The notes: generated by a model from the letters alone, not told the origin. A stretch of DNA of 64,000 bases from Salinispira sp. (GCA_965602015.1 OZ271918.1:3104001-3168000); one strand, 5' to 3'; shown: positions 16,698-26,919, counted from the stretch's first letter. Numbers and translations: made by a program.

Positions 16698-18017
16698 TCA
16701 CGGAAAGTAGAGGAAGCAAAAATCACACACATTTGTGTTTGTGGGTCCGGTTTTGTACAGCACTCCCTGTTCAGCCAGATAATGATATGAGTCGTTTCGT
16801 CCCAGCCAAAGCTCGGGGTCCGGCCCCTGGGCTAGCCGGCTCAGGTCACCGGCGGTGACAATTGCTCCAGCGGCATCGGTTGGTCCGTCATTTCCATCGC
16901 TTCCCGCGGCCAGGAAGGAGGCCGTGACCGTTGAGCTGTGGGGCAAAATACTATTGATGTATGAAAGAGCCAGTTCCTGGTTTCTTCCGCCAAGTCCGTC
17001 GCCCCTGATGCTAACGGTTGTCTCACCGCCGCATAAGAGAAGCGTCGGGCCAGGCATGGGCGGCTCCAAGGCCATGGCGGCAAACAGCTTTGCGATCTCC
17101 CGGGCTTCCCCGGTCATACGGGAGCTGAGTATCAGTGTTCGAACTCCCTTTTGCCGGGCACAATCGGCTGCGGCTTCCAAAGCCGCCCGGTTATTACCCA
17201 GAACAATGGTCGAAACAGTTGAAAATACTTCCGCTCCCGGCTTTGGGGTTTCCAGCGAGTCATCTTCCAGGCCCTTGTGGAAGTGCTCAAGAATCGGATG
17301 GGGAATCCGGGCTTCAATGCCGTATTTTTGCATTATGGCCCACACATCGGAAAACCTCGATGGATCAGGCACTCCGGGGCCCGAGGCAATGCTTTCCACA
17401 TCATCACCGACCACATCGGAGAGCAGGATGTTTATCAATCGGCCGGGATACACCAACTCGGCGAGGCGTCCGCCCTTGATTCCGCTGGTATGCTTCCGCA
17501 GAATGTTCATCTCATGGATGTCCGCCCCGCACTCAAGGAGAATCCGGGTCATCTCCTGAATATGATCATAGCCGAGCCCGGGGTAAGGCCGGGTAATTAA
17601 TGCCGAACCGCCGCCGGAAATCAAATTCAGAACGAGGGTGCGCCGGTCGGCGCTTTCGACAAATGCCGCAATGTCCCGCCCCGCCTGGATGCTGTTTTCA
17701 TCGGGGACTGGGTGGCCGGCCTCCTTCAGCCTGACATACGCCGTACTGTCTACGTGACCGTATTTCACCGCGACCAGACCGTCCACGGCGCCGGAATAAT
17801 TTTCCAGCACCTCCTCCATCGCCCTGGCCATGGGCGCAGAAGCCTTTCCTGCCCCGGTTATCAGGATGCGGTCAAAATCGTTCAGATTGATATCGAGGTC
17901 TTCCCCGATAACAAGCAGCCCGCCCTCCTTAACCTTGATCCGTTTGCGAATCATCTCATAAGGATTAACCCGGCGAACCGCCGCCACATACAGTTCTTGC
18001 AATAGCTCTCGCGACAC
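16698..18017 (-). CDS. Glycerate 2-kinase (MOFRL/DUF4147, GckA/TtuD type)
   Basis: GAGKAS, AGHPVPD, LISGGGSAL, KGGRLA, SDVVGD, GGETTV, GGRNQE, DGNDGPT, TGPTNTNVCD. GTG start at 18017 with SD AGGAG. Confidence 0.9.
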   Translation of the reverse strand: MSRELLQELYVAAVRRVNPYEMIRKRIKVKEGGLLVIGEDLDINLNDFDRILITGAGKASAPMARAMEEVLENYSGAVDGLVAVKYGHVDSTAYVRLKEAGHPVPDENSIQAGRDIAAFVESADRRTLVLNLISGGGSALITRPYPGLGYDHIQEMTRILLECGADIHEMNILRKHTSGIKGGRLAELVYPGRLINILLSDVVGDDVESIASGPGVPDPSRFSDVWAIMQKYGIEARIPHPILEHFHKGLEDDSLETPKPGAEVFSTVSTIVLGNNRAALEAAADCARQKGVRTLILSSRMTGEAREIAKLFAAMALEPPMPGPTLLLCGGETTVSIRGDGLGGRNQELALSYINSILPHSSTVTASFLAAGSDGNDGPTDAAGAIVTAGDLSRLAQGPDPELWLGRNDSYHYLAEQGVLYKTGPTNTNVCDFCFLYFP

Positions 18018-18083
18018 TTTTGGCTCCTGATTGATTGCTATTGTCAGTATAAACCCGGCTATCAATAATTTCCGAAAATAAAA

Positions 18084-18112
18084 TTGACGTCCTACAAAAA
18101 CGGTCCTACAAT
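18084..18112 (+). promoter_or_regulatory. sigma70 promoter of the malQ-amylase operon
   Basis: TTGACG (18084-18089), 17-nt spacer, TACAAT (18107-18112). Confidence 0.75.
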
Positions 18113-18124
18113 ACTGCCATAAAC

Positions 18125-18136
18125 TAAACCGGTTTA
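18125..18136. promoter_or_regulatory. LacI/GalR-family operator candidate
   Basis: Perfect 12-bp palindrome TAAACCGGTTTA with central CG, just downstream of the predicted +1. Confidence 0.65.
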
Positions 18137-18166
18137 CCTCATTTCAGAAGTATTTCAGGAGTGCAT

Positions 18167-19693
18167 ATGTCTCGTATCTCAGACCTGCGCCGCAGCGGTA
18201 TTCTGCTTCATCCTACCGCTCTACCCGGCGAATATGGAATTGGAAGCCTCGGCAAAGATGCCCGGGATTTTATTGACTTTCTCACTATATCCGATCAACG
18301 GCTTTGGCAGATTTGCCCCCTCGGCCCGACGGGATACGGAGATTCACCCTATCAATGCTTCTCCGCATTTGCGGGCAATCCCTACCTGATTGATTTATCC
18401 ACCCTCATTCAGGACGGTGTGCTCAAGGGTTCGGAGCCCGAACTTGCGGAATTACAAAAATGCCCTACCAAAACCGTCGATTTTGGAAGGGTGATTCCCC
18501 TCAAAATGGCCCTGCTCGAAAAGGCCTTCGAAGGTTTTTACGCGGCGGGCAAGGACGGTAGTCTGGACAGGGTAATCGAGGCCCGATACCGCCGCTTTTG
18601 CCAGGACAACCAAAACTGGATTCAGGATTATGCGGAATTCATGGTCATAAAGGCGTCGCAGGGCGGAGTCAGTTGGGACAATTGGCCTGAAGACCTACGC
18701 TCCCGCAAGCCTGAGGCGATGGATCAGATCAGAAAAGCCCACGAAAAGGACATAGAGTTCCAGAAATACATTCAGTTTCTTTTCTTCGAGCAGTGGAAGG
18801 CCCTGCGTTCGTATGCCGGTTCGGCGGGCATTGAGATAATCGGTGATATGCCGATTTTCGTGGCCTACGACAGCGTCGATGTCTGGGCGAACCCCCAGCT
18901 TTTCCAGCTGGACGAAGCGGGACACCCGACCCATGTTGCCGGCGTTCCGCCGGACTACTTCTCCAAAACCGGTCAATTATGGGGGAATCCCTTGTATGAC
19001 TGGGAGTACATGATGCAACGGGGTTTTAAATGGTGGATTTCCGTTCTCGAGGCCAAAATGGATCTCTACGACATCGTCCGCATTGACCATTTCCGGGGAT
19101 TCGAGGCTTTCTGGGCGGTACCGTTCGGTGAAAAAACCGCAATCAACGGCACATGGACCAAGGCTCCGGGGAAGGAACTTTTTGCCGCTATCAAGGCCGC
19201 TCTGCCGGAAGCCAAGATTATCGCTGAGGATCTTGGTGTGATTACTCCCGAGGTTGAAGAACTGATAGCCTTCACCGGCTACCCGGGAATGAAGGTGCTG
19301 CAGTTCGCCTTTGATTCGAATGACGACAGTGATTTCCTACCGCATAATTACAACCGCAACGCAGTGGTATATACCGGGACTCATGACAACGAAACCGTCA
19401 GCGCCTGGTTCGACAATGCCGCCCAATCCGACCGGGAAATGGCCTCGCGCTACCTGGACTTGGGGGAGAATCCCAAAGCTGTCCACTGGGATTTTATCCG
19501 GTGCGCCAGCTCATCTGTGGCCGCCACTGCGGTGTTCCCGTTGCAGGACATCCTGGGACTGGGCGATGAGGGGCGTTTCAATCTTCCGGGTACCCTGGGA
19601 GGAAACTGGGACTGGCGCTATGAGTCCGCCGACCTCAAGCAGGAGCATGCCGATCGTCTCGGTGAAATCACCAGAATCTACGGGAGGTCCTGA
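18167..19693 (+). CDS. malQ: 4-alpha-glucanotransferase (amylomaltase, GH77)
   Basis: GILLHPT, SPYQ, GDMPIFV, AGVPPDYFS..GQLWGNP, RIDHFRG, IAEDLG, YTGTHDN. Confidence 0.95.
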   Translation: MSRISDLRRSGILLHPTALPGEYGIGSLGKDARDFIDFLTISDQRLWQICPLGPTGYGDSPYQCFSAFAGNPYLIDLSTLIQDGVLKGSEPELAELQKCPTKTVDFGRVIPLKMALLEKAFEGFYAAGKDGSLDRVIEARYRRFCQDNQNWIQDYAEFMVIKASQGGVSWDNWPEDLRSRKPEAMDQIRKAHEKDIEFQKYIQFLFFEQWKALRSYAGSAGIEIIGDMPIFVAYDSVDVWANPQLFQLDEAGHPTHVAGVPPDYFSKTGQLWGNPLYDWEYMMQRGFKWWISVLEAKMDLYDIVRIDHFRGFEAFWAVPFGEKTAINGTWTKAPGKELFAAIKAALPEAKIIAEDLGVITPEVEELIAFTGYPGMKVLQFAFDSNDDSDFLPHNYNRNAVVYTGTHDNETVSAWFDNAAQSDREMASRYLDLGENPKAVHWDFIRCASSSVAATAVFPLQDILGLGDEGRFNLPGTLGGNWDWRYESADLKQEHADRLGEITRIYGRS

Positions 19694-21024
19694 TGCCGAT
19701 GAAGCGCGAGCTTTTGAACTCGACCATTTATTCGGTTTTTGTCCGCAACTACGGGAAAAAGGGGACGTTTGACGACGTCCGGGCGGACCTTCCGCGAATT
19801 TCCGGCCTGGGCGCTGACATACTATGGCTCATGCCCGTTCATCCCATCGGGAAGCACGCGAGAAAGGGGGAACTGGGCAGCCCATACGCAATTTCCGATT
19901 ATCGGGGTATCAATCCGGAATACGGCACCCTGGAAGACTTTCGCGCTTTGGCCGATGCGATACACGCGCACGGCATGAAGCTCATGATAGACGTGGTCTA
20001 CAACCACACCAGTCCGGACAGTGTCCTGTACGCCGAACACCCGGAGTGGTTTTATACCAAAAAAAACGGCAAGCCCGGGAACCGAATCGGCGACTGGTCG
20101 GACATCATCGATCTCGATTTCGACAATCCGGAACTTCGGGAGTACCTGATAGATACGCTGAAATATTGGCTGGAGCAGGGTGTGGACGGATTCCGCTGCG
20201 ATGTCGCCCCGCTCATCCCCCTGGATTTTTGGATTGATGCCAGACGAGCCTGCGATGAGTTCAAAAAAGATGTTGTTTGGCTCACCGAGTCGGTCGAACC
20301 TCATTTCATCGAAGAGCTCAGGGGACGGGGCTTTATATGCCACAGCGATGCGGAGATGTATGGCGCCTTCGACATTGCCTATGACTATGACACCTACTTC
20401 GCCATCCACCGCTATGCCGCCGGTGAGATGAGTCTTGAGCAATACATGGACCTCAAACGAATTCAAATCTACAGCATGCCGGGCCATGCGATTAAGCTCC
20501 GACATATTGAGAATCACGATACTCCCCGGGGAGCATGGTTCTTTCCCGAGGCGAAAGCCCTGCGAAATTACACAGCGTTCACCTTTTTTGAACGGGGCTG
20601 CGCCTTGTTGTATAACGGCCAGGAGGCCGGGGAAAACAATCGCACCAGTCTTTTTGACGCGGATCCCGTGAATTGGGAGCGCCTGCCGTCTCACGCGGAT
20701 TTTATAAAAAGCTGTGTTTCAATGCACCGGGCGGAAATCATGCGGGACGGGTGGTACGAACTCCCCGAAGGACCGGTAAAGGGGGTAGTGATTGCGGCTT
20801 ACCGGGAGATTGACGACACTGAATCCAAGCAGTGGAAGCGAGTCGGGGTTTTTAACATCGAAGGAAAGCAGGGGGCCCTTGATCTCAGCGCATACCTGCC
20901 CGGGCTTTCGAAGCTCAGCGGCAACTATAAAAACCTTCTGGACTACGACGGTGCGGAATCCGGAATAACCGTGAAGGACGGTGTCACCGTGCTGCCCGCA
21001 GAGCCGGTAATCTTCGACCTTTAA
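19693..21024 (+). CDS. Cytoplasmic GH13 alpha-amylase-family glycosidase
   Basis: DVVYNH, DGFRCDVA, WLTES, IENHD; catalytic triad intact. Coupled to malQ (TGATG). Confidence 0.9.
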   Translation: MPMKRELLNSTIYSVFVRNYGKKGTFDDVRADLPRISGLGADILWLMPVHPIGKHARKGELGSPYAISDYRGINPEYGTLEDFRALADAIHAHGMKLMIDVVYNHTSPDSVLYAEHPEWFYTKKNGKPGNRIGDWSDIIDLDFDNPELREYLIDTLKYWLEQGVDGFRCDVAPLIPLDFWIDARRACDEFKKDVVWLTESVEPHFIEELRGRGFICHSDAEMYGAFDIAYDYDTYFAIHRYAAGEMSLEQYMDLKRIQIYSMPGHAIKLRHIENHDTPRGAWFFPEAKALRNYTAFTFFERGCALLYNGQEAGENNRTSLFDADPVNWERLPSHADFIKSCVSMHRAEIMRDGWYELPEGPVKGVVIAAYREIDDTESKQWKRVGVFNIEGKQGALDLSAYLPGLSKLSGNYKNLLDYDGAESGITVKDGVTVLPAEPVIFDL

Positions 21025-22514
21025 GCATCCGATGGACCGGCGGCCGCATCGCTTGCGGCCAGTGCCGGTGCCCCGGCCGCCTGCCCGTCGTCGCTATCGT
21101 CCTCAGCGGCTTGCGAACTTTCATCCAGAGGCGGACGCTGCTCCGCCTCTTTTATTTTCCTGTTCGCCCATATCAGCGTAATAATTGCGGCGGACCAGTT
21201 TACAATTACCAATCCGACCCACACTCCCCGCTCGCGCATCCCGAGGGCAAAAGCCAGGAGGGAGAACACCGCCGCCGGCGCGAGAACCTGACGATAGAGT
21301 CCCATCCACATGGTCATGGCCGGGCGCTTAAGCCCCTGGAGAACCGAGTTGGCCTGAAAAAGGATAACATAGCTGTAAAAGGTTAATCCTTGAATGAGAA
21401 GGTATTCATACCCGATGCGGATAACATCCTGATTTTCAGTGAATACCGAGAGAACATAGCGCCCGAATATCAAGACCGGCGTGAGCAGGGCAATCATTAT
21501 ATACAGTCCGTAGCGCAATGTTGTTCGAAAGCTCTGACGCACTCTGTCGAGTCGTCGGGCCCCGTTGTTCTGCCCGACCAATGCCGAAAGGGCGAAGGTC
21601 AGACCGATGTTGGGAATAAGAGCAATCTGCTCGACCCGGACCGCAGAGCCGTAGGCTGCAACCACGTCGGTGCCGTATCGCGAAATATACCAGGTTATGA
21701 CAAAGGTCCCCATTGCCATAACCATAAAACTCATCATTGCCGGAAGTACCTGGGAAATAAGTTCGCTCGCGGATTTCCGCTCGGGTATAAAATCCCGAAC
21801 TGTCATGCCCTTCAAGGCGCCGACCCGTACTGCCCTGGTCAGAATATACACAGCGGTAATCGCCTGGATTAAAATGGTGGCAAGGGCGATGCCACGTTCT
21901 TCGAGGGCGGGAATTACCATGACCCCGCCGAGATTTACGCCCCTCATCAGCAGGGGATCGAGTCCAAGGTTTAGTAAAAATCCGGCTATGAGGGAGTTCC
22001 GGAATACCTTGGAGTTGCCCCGGGCCGCGAGAGCCGAATTGAACACGGAATTCAGGCTGATAAAAACCCCGCCGATTACGATTACCGACGCATAGCCGAA
22101 GGCCCTGGGAATAACCGAGGCTTCGGCGTTCATAAAGGTGAAAATCGGACGGATGAGAAAGTAGAGCGGAACTGAAATCAGAATCTGCGCAATGACGGTA
22201 AAACTGATGGCCTGGGCATAAATGTGCCGAGCGTCATCAGGTTTCTTGGCTCCGAGAAAATTGGATATAAGCGCATTGGAGCCCTGGGAGAACCCGACGC
22301 CGATGGCCATTACCAGGAGGTAGACAGGAAAGTTCAACGACAGGGCTGCCAGTGACTCGGTGGAAAGCCGTCCCGCCCAATAGGTATCGACCACGTTGTA
22401 CATGGTGGTAAAAATTGTCCCGATACTTGCGGGAATAGCGATGTGACGGATCATTGCGGGTATATCCCCGCTCACCAGGTCCAGATCACCGGTGAAAGCC
22501 GGACGTTTTGCCAT
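21021..22514 (-). CDS. MATE-family efflux transporter
   Basis: About 12 TM helices; YNVVDTYWAGRL, LNLGLDPLL, VGQNNGA. Stop overlaps the amylase stop (TTAA). Confidence 0.9.
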   Translation of the reverse strand: MAKRPAFTGDLDLVSGDIPAMIRHIAIPASIGTIFTTMYNVVDTYWAGRLSTESLAALSLNFPVYLLVMAIGVGFSQGSNALISNFLGAKKPDDARHIYAQAISFTVIAQILISVPLYFLIRPIFTFMNAEASVIPRAFGYASVIVIGGVFISLNSVFNSALAARGNSKVFRNSLIAGFLLNLGLDPLLMRGVNLGGVMVIPALEERGIALATILIQAITAVYILTRAVRVGALKGMTVRDFIPERKSASELISQVLPAMMSFMVMAMGTFVITWYISRYGTDVVAAYGSAVRVEQIALIPNIGLTFALSALVGQNNGARRLDRVRQSFRTTLRYGLYIMIALLTPVLIFGRYVLSVFTENQDVIRIGYEYLLIQGLTFYSYVILFQANSVLQGLKRPAMTMWMGLYRQVLAPAAVFSLLAFALGMRERGVWVGLVIVNWSAAIITLIWANRKIKEAEQRPPLDESSQAAEDDSDDGQAAGAPALAASDAAAGPSDA

Positions 22515-22665
22515 ATGCGCTCCTTTTTATGCCTGACAATTAAGCTAATCGCCTGAGTAGATTAGTACAAGTCAAGAAGAGGACTCAGGACAAATTTATT
22601 ATCAATTTTCTCATATTTAATAGAGATTATGTACTTTTATCAGCCGCCGGGGCATAATAAGAGCC

Positions 22666-23604
22666 ATGGCCGATCTCGAAACTGTAACCTCCATATTAAA
22701 GACCTTGTCTGACCAGAACCGCATCCGGGTGGTGAGCCTCCTGGAGGAGACCGAATTGACTGTGAAGGAGATGCTGGAAATCCTGCAAATTAGCCAATCT
22801 ACCTTGAGTTCGCAGCTCGGTCAGCTCAAAGACTCGGGATTGGTAAAATCCCGCAGGGAAGGTCAGTTTGTATACTACAAGCTGCTGCGGCAAAACAGCG
22901 ACCAATTCAATGCGCCTCTGATAAGTCTGATCCAGCCGTACATAAAAGAGGCCGAATGGTTCGACCGAGACCGGAGAAATCTCGGAGAAGTTCTTAAAAA
23001 GCGCCAGGCTGCTTCCTGGCATTACTTTGCAGACAGGAATGTTCAGAACAGCAGGAGTCCCGGGCAAACCTGGGAATCCTTTGCCCTCGGTATCATGAGG
23101 CTCCTGCCGGAGAGTCGAATCGCAGACTTCGGCTGCGGGGCCGGCCGGGTTGCCGGGCTTTTGGCGGAATATGGCCACCGGGTCACCGGAATTGATAATA
23201 ACAAAAAGCAAATAACTGCCGCGAAAAAGCTTCATCAGGATCAGTCCGACCGCTTGGACTTCATGTGCGCGGATATGGAAAAGTGCGGCTTACCGGATCA
23301 ATCCATGGATGTGGTAATTATCAGCCAGGCCCTGCATCACAGCGCCGATCCGGCAACCGTCGTGGCGGAAGCCGCACGGGTCCTCAAAGAGGGCGGCCAG
23401 GTACTTATTTTGGATCTTCACCGTCACACACAGGAATGGCTGCAGGACAGTTTCGGAGACCATTGGCTAGGCTTTACATTGGAACAAATTGGGAAGTGGC
23501 TTGAGGGAGCTGGCTTTTCGAAGCAGAACACGAGAATTCTACGTTCGGATGCTGAGCATAGTGAAATAGATACACTAATTGCTCATGCGGTAAAAGTCGG
23601 ATAA
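22666..23604 (+). CDS. ArsR HTH fused to a SAM-binding methyltransferase domain (SahR/SamR-like regulator)
   Basis: LSDQNRIR...ISQSTLSSQL..LKDSGLV..RREG; SPGQTWE; DFGCGAG; QALHH; GDHWLGF. Confidence 0.85.
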   Translation: MADLETVTSILKTLSDQNRIRVVSLLEETELTVKEMLEILQISQSTLSSQLGQLKDSGLVKSRREGQFVYYKLLRQNSDQFNAPLISLIQPYIKEAEWFDRDRRNLGEVLKKRQAASWHYFADRNVQNSRSPGQTWESFALGIMRLLPESRIADFGCGAGRVAGLLAEYGHRVTGIDNNKKQITAAKKLHQDQSDRLDFMCADMEKCGLPDQSMDVVIISQALHHSADPATVVAEAARVLKEGGQVLILDLHRHTQEWLQDSFGDHWLGFTLEQIGKWLEGAGFSKQNTRILRSDAEHSEIDTLIAHAVKVG

Positions 23605-23617
23605 GTATCCGGCATAG

Positions 23618-23701
23618 TGCCGGCGGGGAGACTTGAACTCCCACACCATTGCTGGCGGCAGATTTTGAGTCTGCTGCGTCTACCAATTCCGCCACGCCGG
23701 C
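23618..23701 (-). tRNA. tRNA-Leu (CAA)
   Basis: GCCGGCGTGGCGGAATTGGTAGACGCAGCAGACT-CAA-AATCTGC, long variable arm, GTTCAAGTC T-loop, acceptor end CGCCGGC-A. CCA is not encoded. Confidence 0.95.
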
Positions 23702-23784
23702 ATTACCGCATGCAGGACTATACCCTAATGAACAAAGCTTGGCAATCTGTGGCTAGCGGAGCCGGATTTGTGCATAATACATTT

Positions 23785-25392
23785 ATGCGAAGCGGCCTGC
23801 CCCTCGACATTTTTTCCTTCCGATTGCCGCCCGCAGCGAGAATGATTGCGGTGTTTTTCTGCCTGGTCCTGGTGTTCTCCTGCCGTAGCACTCCCCGGGA
23901 AGATCCCGGGGCCCTGGAGCGGGCGGTACTTCCGGAGCTGCCGCCACTGTTGAGTCTTTCCTATCAAAGACTGCTGGAAGTCGAAGAGCCTGATTCGCAA
24001 TTGTTTATCCTCAGAAATGCTGCAGACTCGCTTGTGACGCTAAATGAGCCTGAGCTTGCCGAGGAGTTTCTCAACCTCGCTTTGGAACTCGCCAGGGAAA
24101 ACTATACGGGCAACCGCCTCGCGGAAGTTCTGGTTGAACTCAGCAGGCTGTACACCGAAGCGGGAATCATATCCCAAAGTCTCGTCCTTCTTCAGTCGGC
24201 CCTCGACGAAGCCCGCAGGGAACAGGACAGTCAAATCCGCGGACCATTGGTGCAGGAGGTGATAACCGCATGTTTTGCCATAGGCACCGAAGCCATTGAG
24301 CTGCTCCGGCAGGCGGTACAGCAGATTTACATTATCGAAGACTATCGCCTGCGAAGCGAACTGCTATTGGATACCGCCCGCAGATACCAGGAAAGCGGTG
24401 AGGGCCAGCGGTCGGCAACCCTACTCCAGCAGGCGATTCCCGCCGCCGGTTCAATAGCCGAACCCCTTCCCCGGGCAAGGGTATTCAGCCAGCTGGGCCT
24501 CCGACTGGCGAATGCCGGCGAGCAGCGCCTGTCCCAGGTGTACAGCAGGAAGGCTGTTGAAGAAATCGACCGCCTCGCGGCGAGTCCCGGCGGCGCAAGC
24601 CTCTTCGGCAACCAAAGAAGCGACGATCTCCTGTCAGACACGCTGATAAACCTGGCCCGCAGCGGTCTGGCAGCCGACGCACTTCGGCTTAATATTCTCA
24701 TCGGAAATTCCCGGCTGCGCCTCGGCGCTTTGCTGGAAACCGCCCGGCGGTTTTACGCCGACGGACAATTCCTCCAGGCCGACCTGGTATTCGGACGCAT
24801 TTTCACGGCCCTCGAGGCCGACGCACCGGCTGACCTGGTGATTTCAGTCCTGCTGAGCCTTGGGCAGATTTACTATGAACGCGGCGATCAGTTTTCCGCG
24901 GATCTGTATATCAGCGCCGTCGATCCTTATTTTGCCGAGCTCGAGAATCAACTTCTTCAGGACAGCCTGTTGTCTGAGACGTCATTGGCGTATGCCCGCA
25001 TCGGTCAGCCCGAAGAAGGGGCCCGCCGCTCGGCGCAAATAGTAGACGGGTTATACGCCTCGAGGGCGTATATCGGTTTAAGCGACATAATAATAGAGGA
25101 ATGGCTGAGGAATAACCGGGAATCCGCGGAACAGGCCCGGATAGCATCGGAATATCTTGCAAATGCGGCCTCAGTCAGCCTGGACTCTCAAAGCATTGCG
25201 GATTCGGCGTTCGCAGATATCGCCGTTCAGTACGCCCGCCTGGGAGAAATAAGCGAAGCTCTTGCAGCGGTCCGGCGCATTGAAAACCCCTTTCCCGCAG
25301 CCCTCGGTCTGGCCCGAATTCAAGCCTACGTAGTGATAAGCGAGGAGAATAATGCTGACATTGAGATGCGCTGGAATCAGGTCAGCCGATAG
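23785..25392 (+). CDS. TPR-like helical-repeat lipoprotein
   Basis: Lipobox LVFS-C; helical repeats (e.g. EALAAVRRIENP). The listed ORF start overlaps the tRNA, so the real start is 23785 or 23842. Confidence 0.7.
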   Translation: MRSGLPLDIFSFRLPPAARMIAVFFCLVLVFSCRSTPREDPGALERAVLPELPPLLSLSYQRLLEVEEPDSQLFILRNAADSLVTLNEPELAEEFLNLALELARENYTGNRLAEVLVELSRLYTEAGIISQSLVLLQSALDEARREQDSQIRGPLVQEVITACFAIGTEAIELLRQAVQQIYIIEDYRLRSELLLDTARRYQESGEGQRSATLLQQAIPAAGSIAEPLPRARVFSQLGLRLANAGEQRLSQVYSRKAVEEIDRLAASPGGASLFGNQRSDDLLSDTLINLARSGLAADALRLNILIGNSRLRLGALLETARRFYADGQFLQADLVFGRIFTALEADAPADLVISVLLSLGQIYYERGDQFSADLYISAVDPYFAELENQLLQDSLLSETSLAYARIGQPEEGARRSAQIVDGLYASRAYIGLSDIIIEEWLRNNRESAEQARIASEYLANAASVSLDSQSIADSAFADIAVQYARLGEISEALAAVRRIENPFPAALGLARIQAYVVISEENNADIEMRWNQVSR

Positions 25393-25400
25393 ATTGTGAA

Positions 25401-26087
25401 TCAGGCGCCAATGAGGGTTCCGAAGAATTCCCTGCCTTCGAGAATATTTTCAATATTTTCTAGATTTTTTCCGCCGGCGCTGATCACCTGAAGCCCCAGC
25501 TCCGCTGCCCTTCGGGTGGCGACGGGGTCGAACGGGAGGTTTTTTCCCGGGGTCCAGTCTTCTCCGACCATTGCTCGGAATTCTTCCCAGCTTACCGAGT
25601 CCAAGGGTCGGGCATCGGGATCGAGCTTGGGGTCGGCGGTATATACCTTCTCAATGTTCGAAAGATTGATAACCCTCTCGGCTTTGAACCGCTCGGCTAA
25701 AACCACCGAATCGAAGTCCGTGGAGAACCCGGGCTTCCATCCCGCGGCAACCAGTACCTGACCGGTGAATTCGAAATCTGCACTCGGATCGGTAACGACG
25801 GGATTTGAGCAGCGCTCGCCCAGACTGGCTCGCACCAGCTCGGCATTGAGCCTGGTCGCCATAATTCCTATCCAATCCTGATCATCGCTGCTCACATCGT
25901 TGCATATATCCCGGTACGCCGCCTGATATCGGCGGGCAGGGGCGCCGCCGCCGACAATGAGCACTACCCGGCGGCCCGGTTCCCGGTCAAGATGCTTTTT
26001 TACCAGGGCAATGAACGCTTTCACAAAAACCGTATCCACCTGCTCGGGAGCCACGATGGATCCCCCCAGTGAAATAACCGTAACCAT
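25401..26087 (-). CDS. pyrH: UMP kinase, archaeal-type
   Basis: VISLGGS, VGGGAPARRY, DWIGIMATRLNA, PGFSTD, VYTADP, PFDPVA. Confidence 0.9.
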   Translation of the reverse strand: MVTVISLGGSIVAPEQVDTVFVKAFIALVKKHLDREPGRRVVLIVGGGAPARRYQAAYRDICNDVSSDDQDWIGIMATRLNAELVRASLGERCSNPVVTDPSADFEFTGQVLVAAGWKPGFSTDFDSVVLAERFKAERVINLSNIEKVYTADPKLDPDARPLDSVSWEEFRAMVGEDWTPGKNLPFDPVATRRAAELGLQVISAGGKNLENIENILEGREFFGTLIGA

Positions 26088-26230
26088 TTCTCACCTCCAG
26101 GGGATAAAGCCCCTATTCCCGAGATGAGATTCTATCCTGTTTACCCCGCAACCCTCAAGGACAAGGCCGCCTCGGACAGCTCAGCATTGACAAAGCAGGG
26201 GCGTTTATCGGATATTGTCAGCGTCTAATT

Positions 26231-26917
26231 ATGAAAGTGATAAATAAACTGCCACTCTTATGTGTACTGTTTCTCCTCGTTTCCGGGTTTTTACTCACCG
26301 CCCAGGAGATTGTAACCGGAACGGATTTTTTCGACCGGGTTGCGGCAAACTACGGCAATATACAGGATTATCTCGCTGATTTCGAAATGATCGTTGAGGA
26401 TAATCTCATGTCCGGCACCATATATTTCTCCCAACCGAACCGGATGAGGATAGATTTTACCGAGCCCGAAGAACAGGTCCTGGTGTCCGATGGACAGATC
26501 ATACAGGTTTATGTTCCGGAGTATAACGTAACCCTCACTCAAACCCTCAACGAGCAGACCAATCCCGGAACGGCTATCAGCGAAGAAGGCCTGCAGCTTC
26601 TTCGAAGAAACTACCAAATAGCTTTTCTCAACAGCCCCGATCCTGAACCTCTGGAGGAAGGGGATGCGTCCTCTGAACTGGTGTACAAGCTCTTCCTCAC
26701 CTGGCGGAACACCGCTCAGGGTTTTCGGGAGATCGAAATCGCCGTTACTCCCGACCTGTTCATTCGGCGAATGACTGCCGTTACTGCCGACCGGAAGAAT
26801 GTCCAGTTCTCTTTCAACGACATCCAGATTAATCAGAACATACCCGATGCCCGGTTCGAATACGATTCACCGCCTTCTTCCAATAACTTTGATAACTTCC
26901 TGTACGGAGTCGAATAG
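26231..26917 (+). CDS. lolA: Outer-membrane lipoprotein carrier LolA-like
   Basis: Signal peptide; GTIYFSQPNRMRIDFTEPEEQVLVSDG; NQNIPDARF. TTGACA at 26187-26192 upstream. Confidence 0.8.
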   Translation: MKVINKLPLLCVLFLLVSGFLLTAQEIVTGTDFFDRVAANYGNIQDYLADFEMIVEDNLMSGTIYFSQPNRMRIDFTEPEEQVLVSDGQIIQVYVPEYNVTLTQTLNEQTNPGTAISEEGLQLLRRNYQIAFLNSPDPEPLEEGDASSELVYKLFLTWRNTAQGFREIEIAVTPDLFIRRMTAVTADRKNVQFSFNDIQINQNIPDARFEYDSPPSSNNFDNFLYGVE

Positions 26918-26919
26918 CC

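Noticed and set aside
23474..23695. 73-aa ORF MAELVDAADSKS, and the 5' extension of ORF 23617
   Set aside because: Both are translations of the tRNA-Leu gene.
23605..23720. tRNA-Leu or tRNA-Ala (49297-49370) as an integration site of a genomic island
   Set aside because: I saw no integrase, no duplicated tRNA 3' end and no foreign-looking cargo next to either tRNA.
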